Source: Neovahlkampfia damariscottae (Eukaryota). Taken from it: a stretch of 33,535 nucleotides of DNA. Positions 33,295-33,535 of this stretch are shown here, one piece after another; the stretch's first letter is position 1, and the number at the start of each line of letters is the position of its first letter. The translations under genes and the position numbers were made by a program. Location: assembly GCA_016618085.1 (NCBI GenBank), contig JABLTG010000021.1, positions 124,001-157,535 on the forward strand. The letters run 5' to 3'. Under the pieces are notes generated by a model that ran no database searches, was not told the DNA's origin, and saw only the letters and a program-made list of their open reading frames with translations.

Positions 33295-33535
33295 ATGTTA
33301 AAAACTGCAAGAGTAGAAGGTAATGAAGTTCATTTAAAACCAAAAGATTTAACAGTCACCAATATGCCAACTTTTGCCGGTGTTACTATGGCTTCCCTTG
33401 ATGAATACATACAAAGAACACCAGCAGATGTATTAACTGCAAATAAAATTATTATTGGTGATGGAACCAACAAAATAAAAGACAGTTTAAGTGAAATTGG
33501 TGCCACTGGGGATATAAATATCCCTTTAAATACTG
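33295..33535 (+). CDS. Partial ORF running off the window, possible virion structural/fibre-like protein
   Basis: 80 stop-free codons from ATG 33295: MLKTARVEGNEVHLKPKDLTVTNMPTFAGVTMASLDEYIQRTPADVLTANKIIIGDGTNKIKDSLSEIGATGDINIPLNT. Function is inferred only. Confidence 0.65.
   Translation, partial: MLKTARVEGNEVHLKPKDLTVTNMPTFAGVTMASLDEYIQRTPADVLTANKIIIGDGTNKIKDSLSEIGATGDINIPLNT

Larger units (their letters stand above)
30440..33535. mobile_element. Putative endogenous virophage, left portion (left boundary uncertain, either ~30440 or ~31680; continues beyond the window)
   Basis: Virophage MCP gene, intronless ORFs, non-host promoter style and an adjacent repeat-structured non-coding block. 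Confidence 0.7.

Overview
Bases 1 to ~30,400 are very AT-rich, gene-dense eukaryotic (protist) DNA with about 22 genes, short GT-AG introns (mostly ~30-45 nt, often A-rich), a CCAAT/ATTGG box just upstream of nearly every start codon, and one tRNA-Ala(UGC). The style and the RGS-rich signalling gene suggest a heterolobosean-like amoeba, but that is inference. Host genes include a Myb factor, NDUFA13, Tweety-like, LTO1, a filamin-HECT E3, a KH-Smr nuclease, a DEP/dead 5-phosphatase, a His-brace LPMO-like protein, DPH7, IMP3, CDC6, E2F, a METTL21-like enzyme, a disrupted La-motif gene, LST8, an ARH-TPR fusion, RWP-RK, an HNMT-like enzyme, a large multi-RGS gene and a CapA-like phosphoesterase; a piggyBac/RPA-like relic and a DUF5678-like relic are also present. 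The main finding is at the right end: an intronless Sputnik-type virophage major capsid gene (33223 to 31563, minus strand, split by a 1-nt frameshift and apparently truncated after its GG maturation site). It lies back-to-back with a possible fibre-like ORF that runs off the window, and the two share an AT-rich promoter resembling giant-virus late promoters. A ~600-bp repeat-structured non-coding block (30440-31063) may be the element terminus. Together these look like the left part of an endogenous virophage integrated in a protist chromosome. All family calls come from motif recognition by eye, not from database searches.
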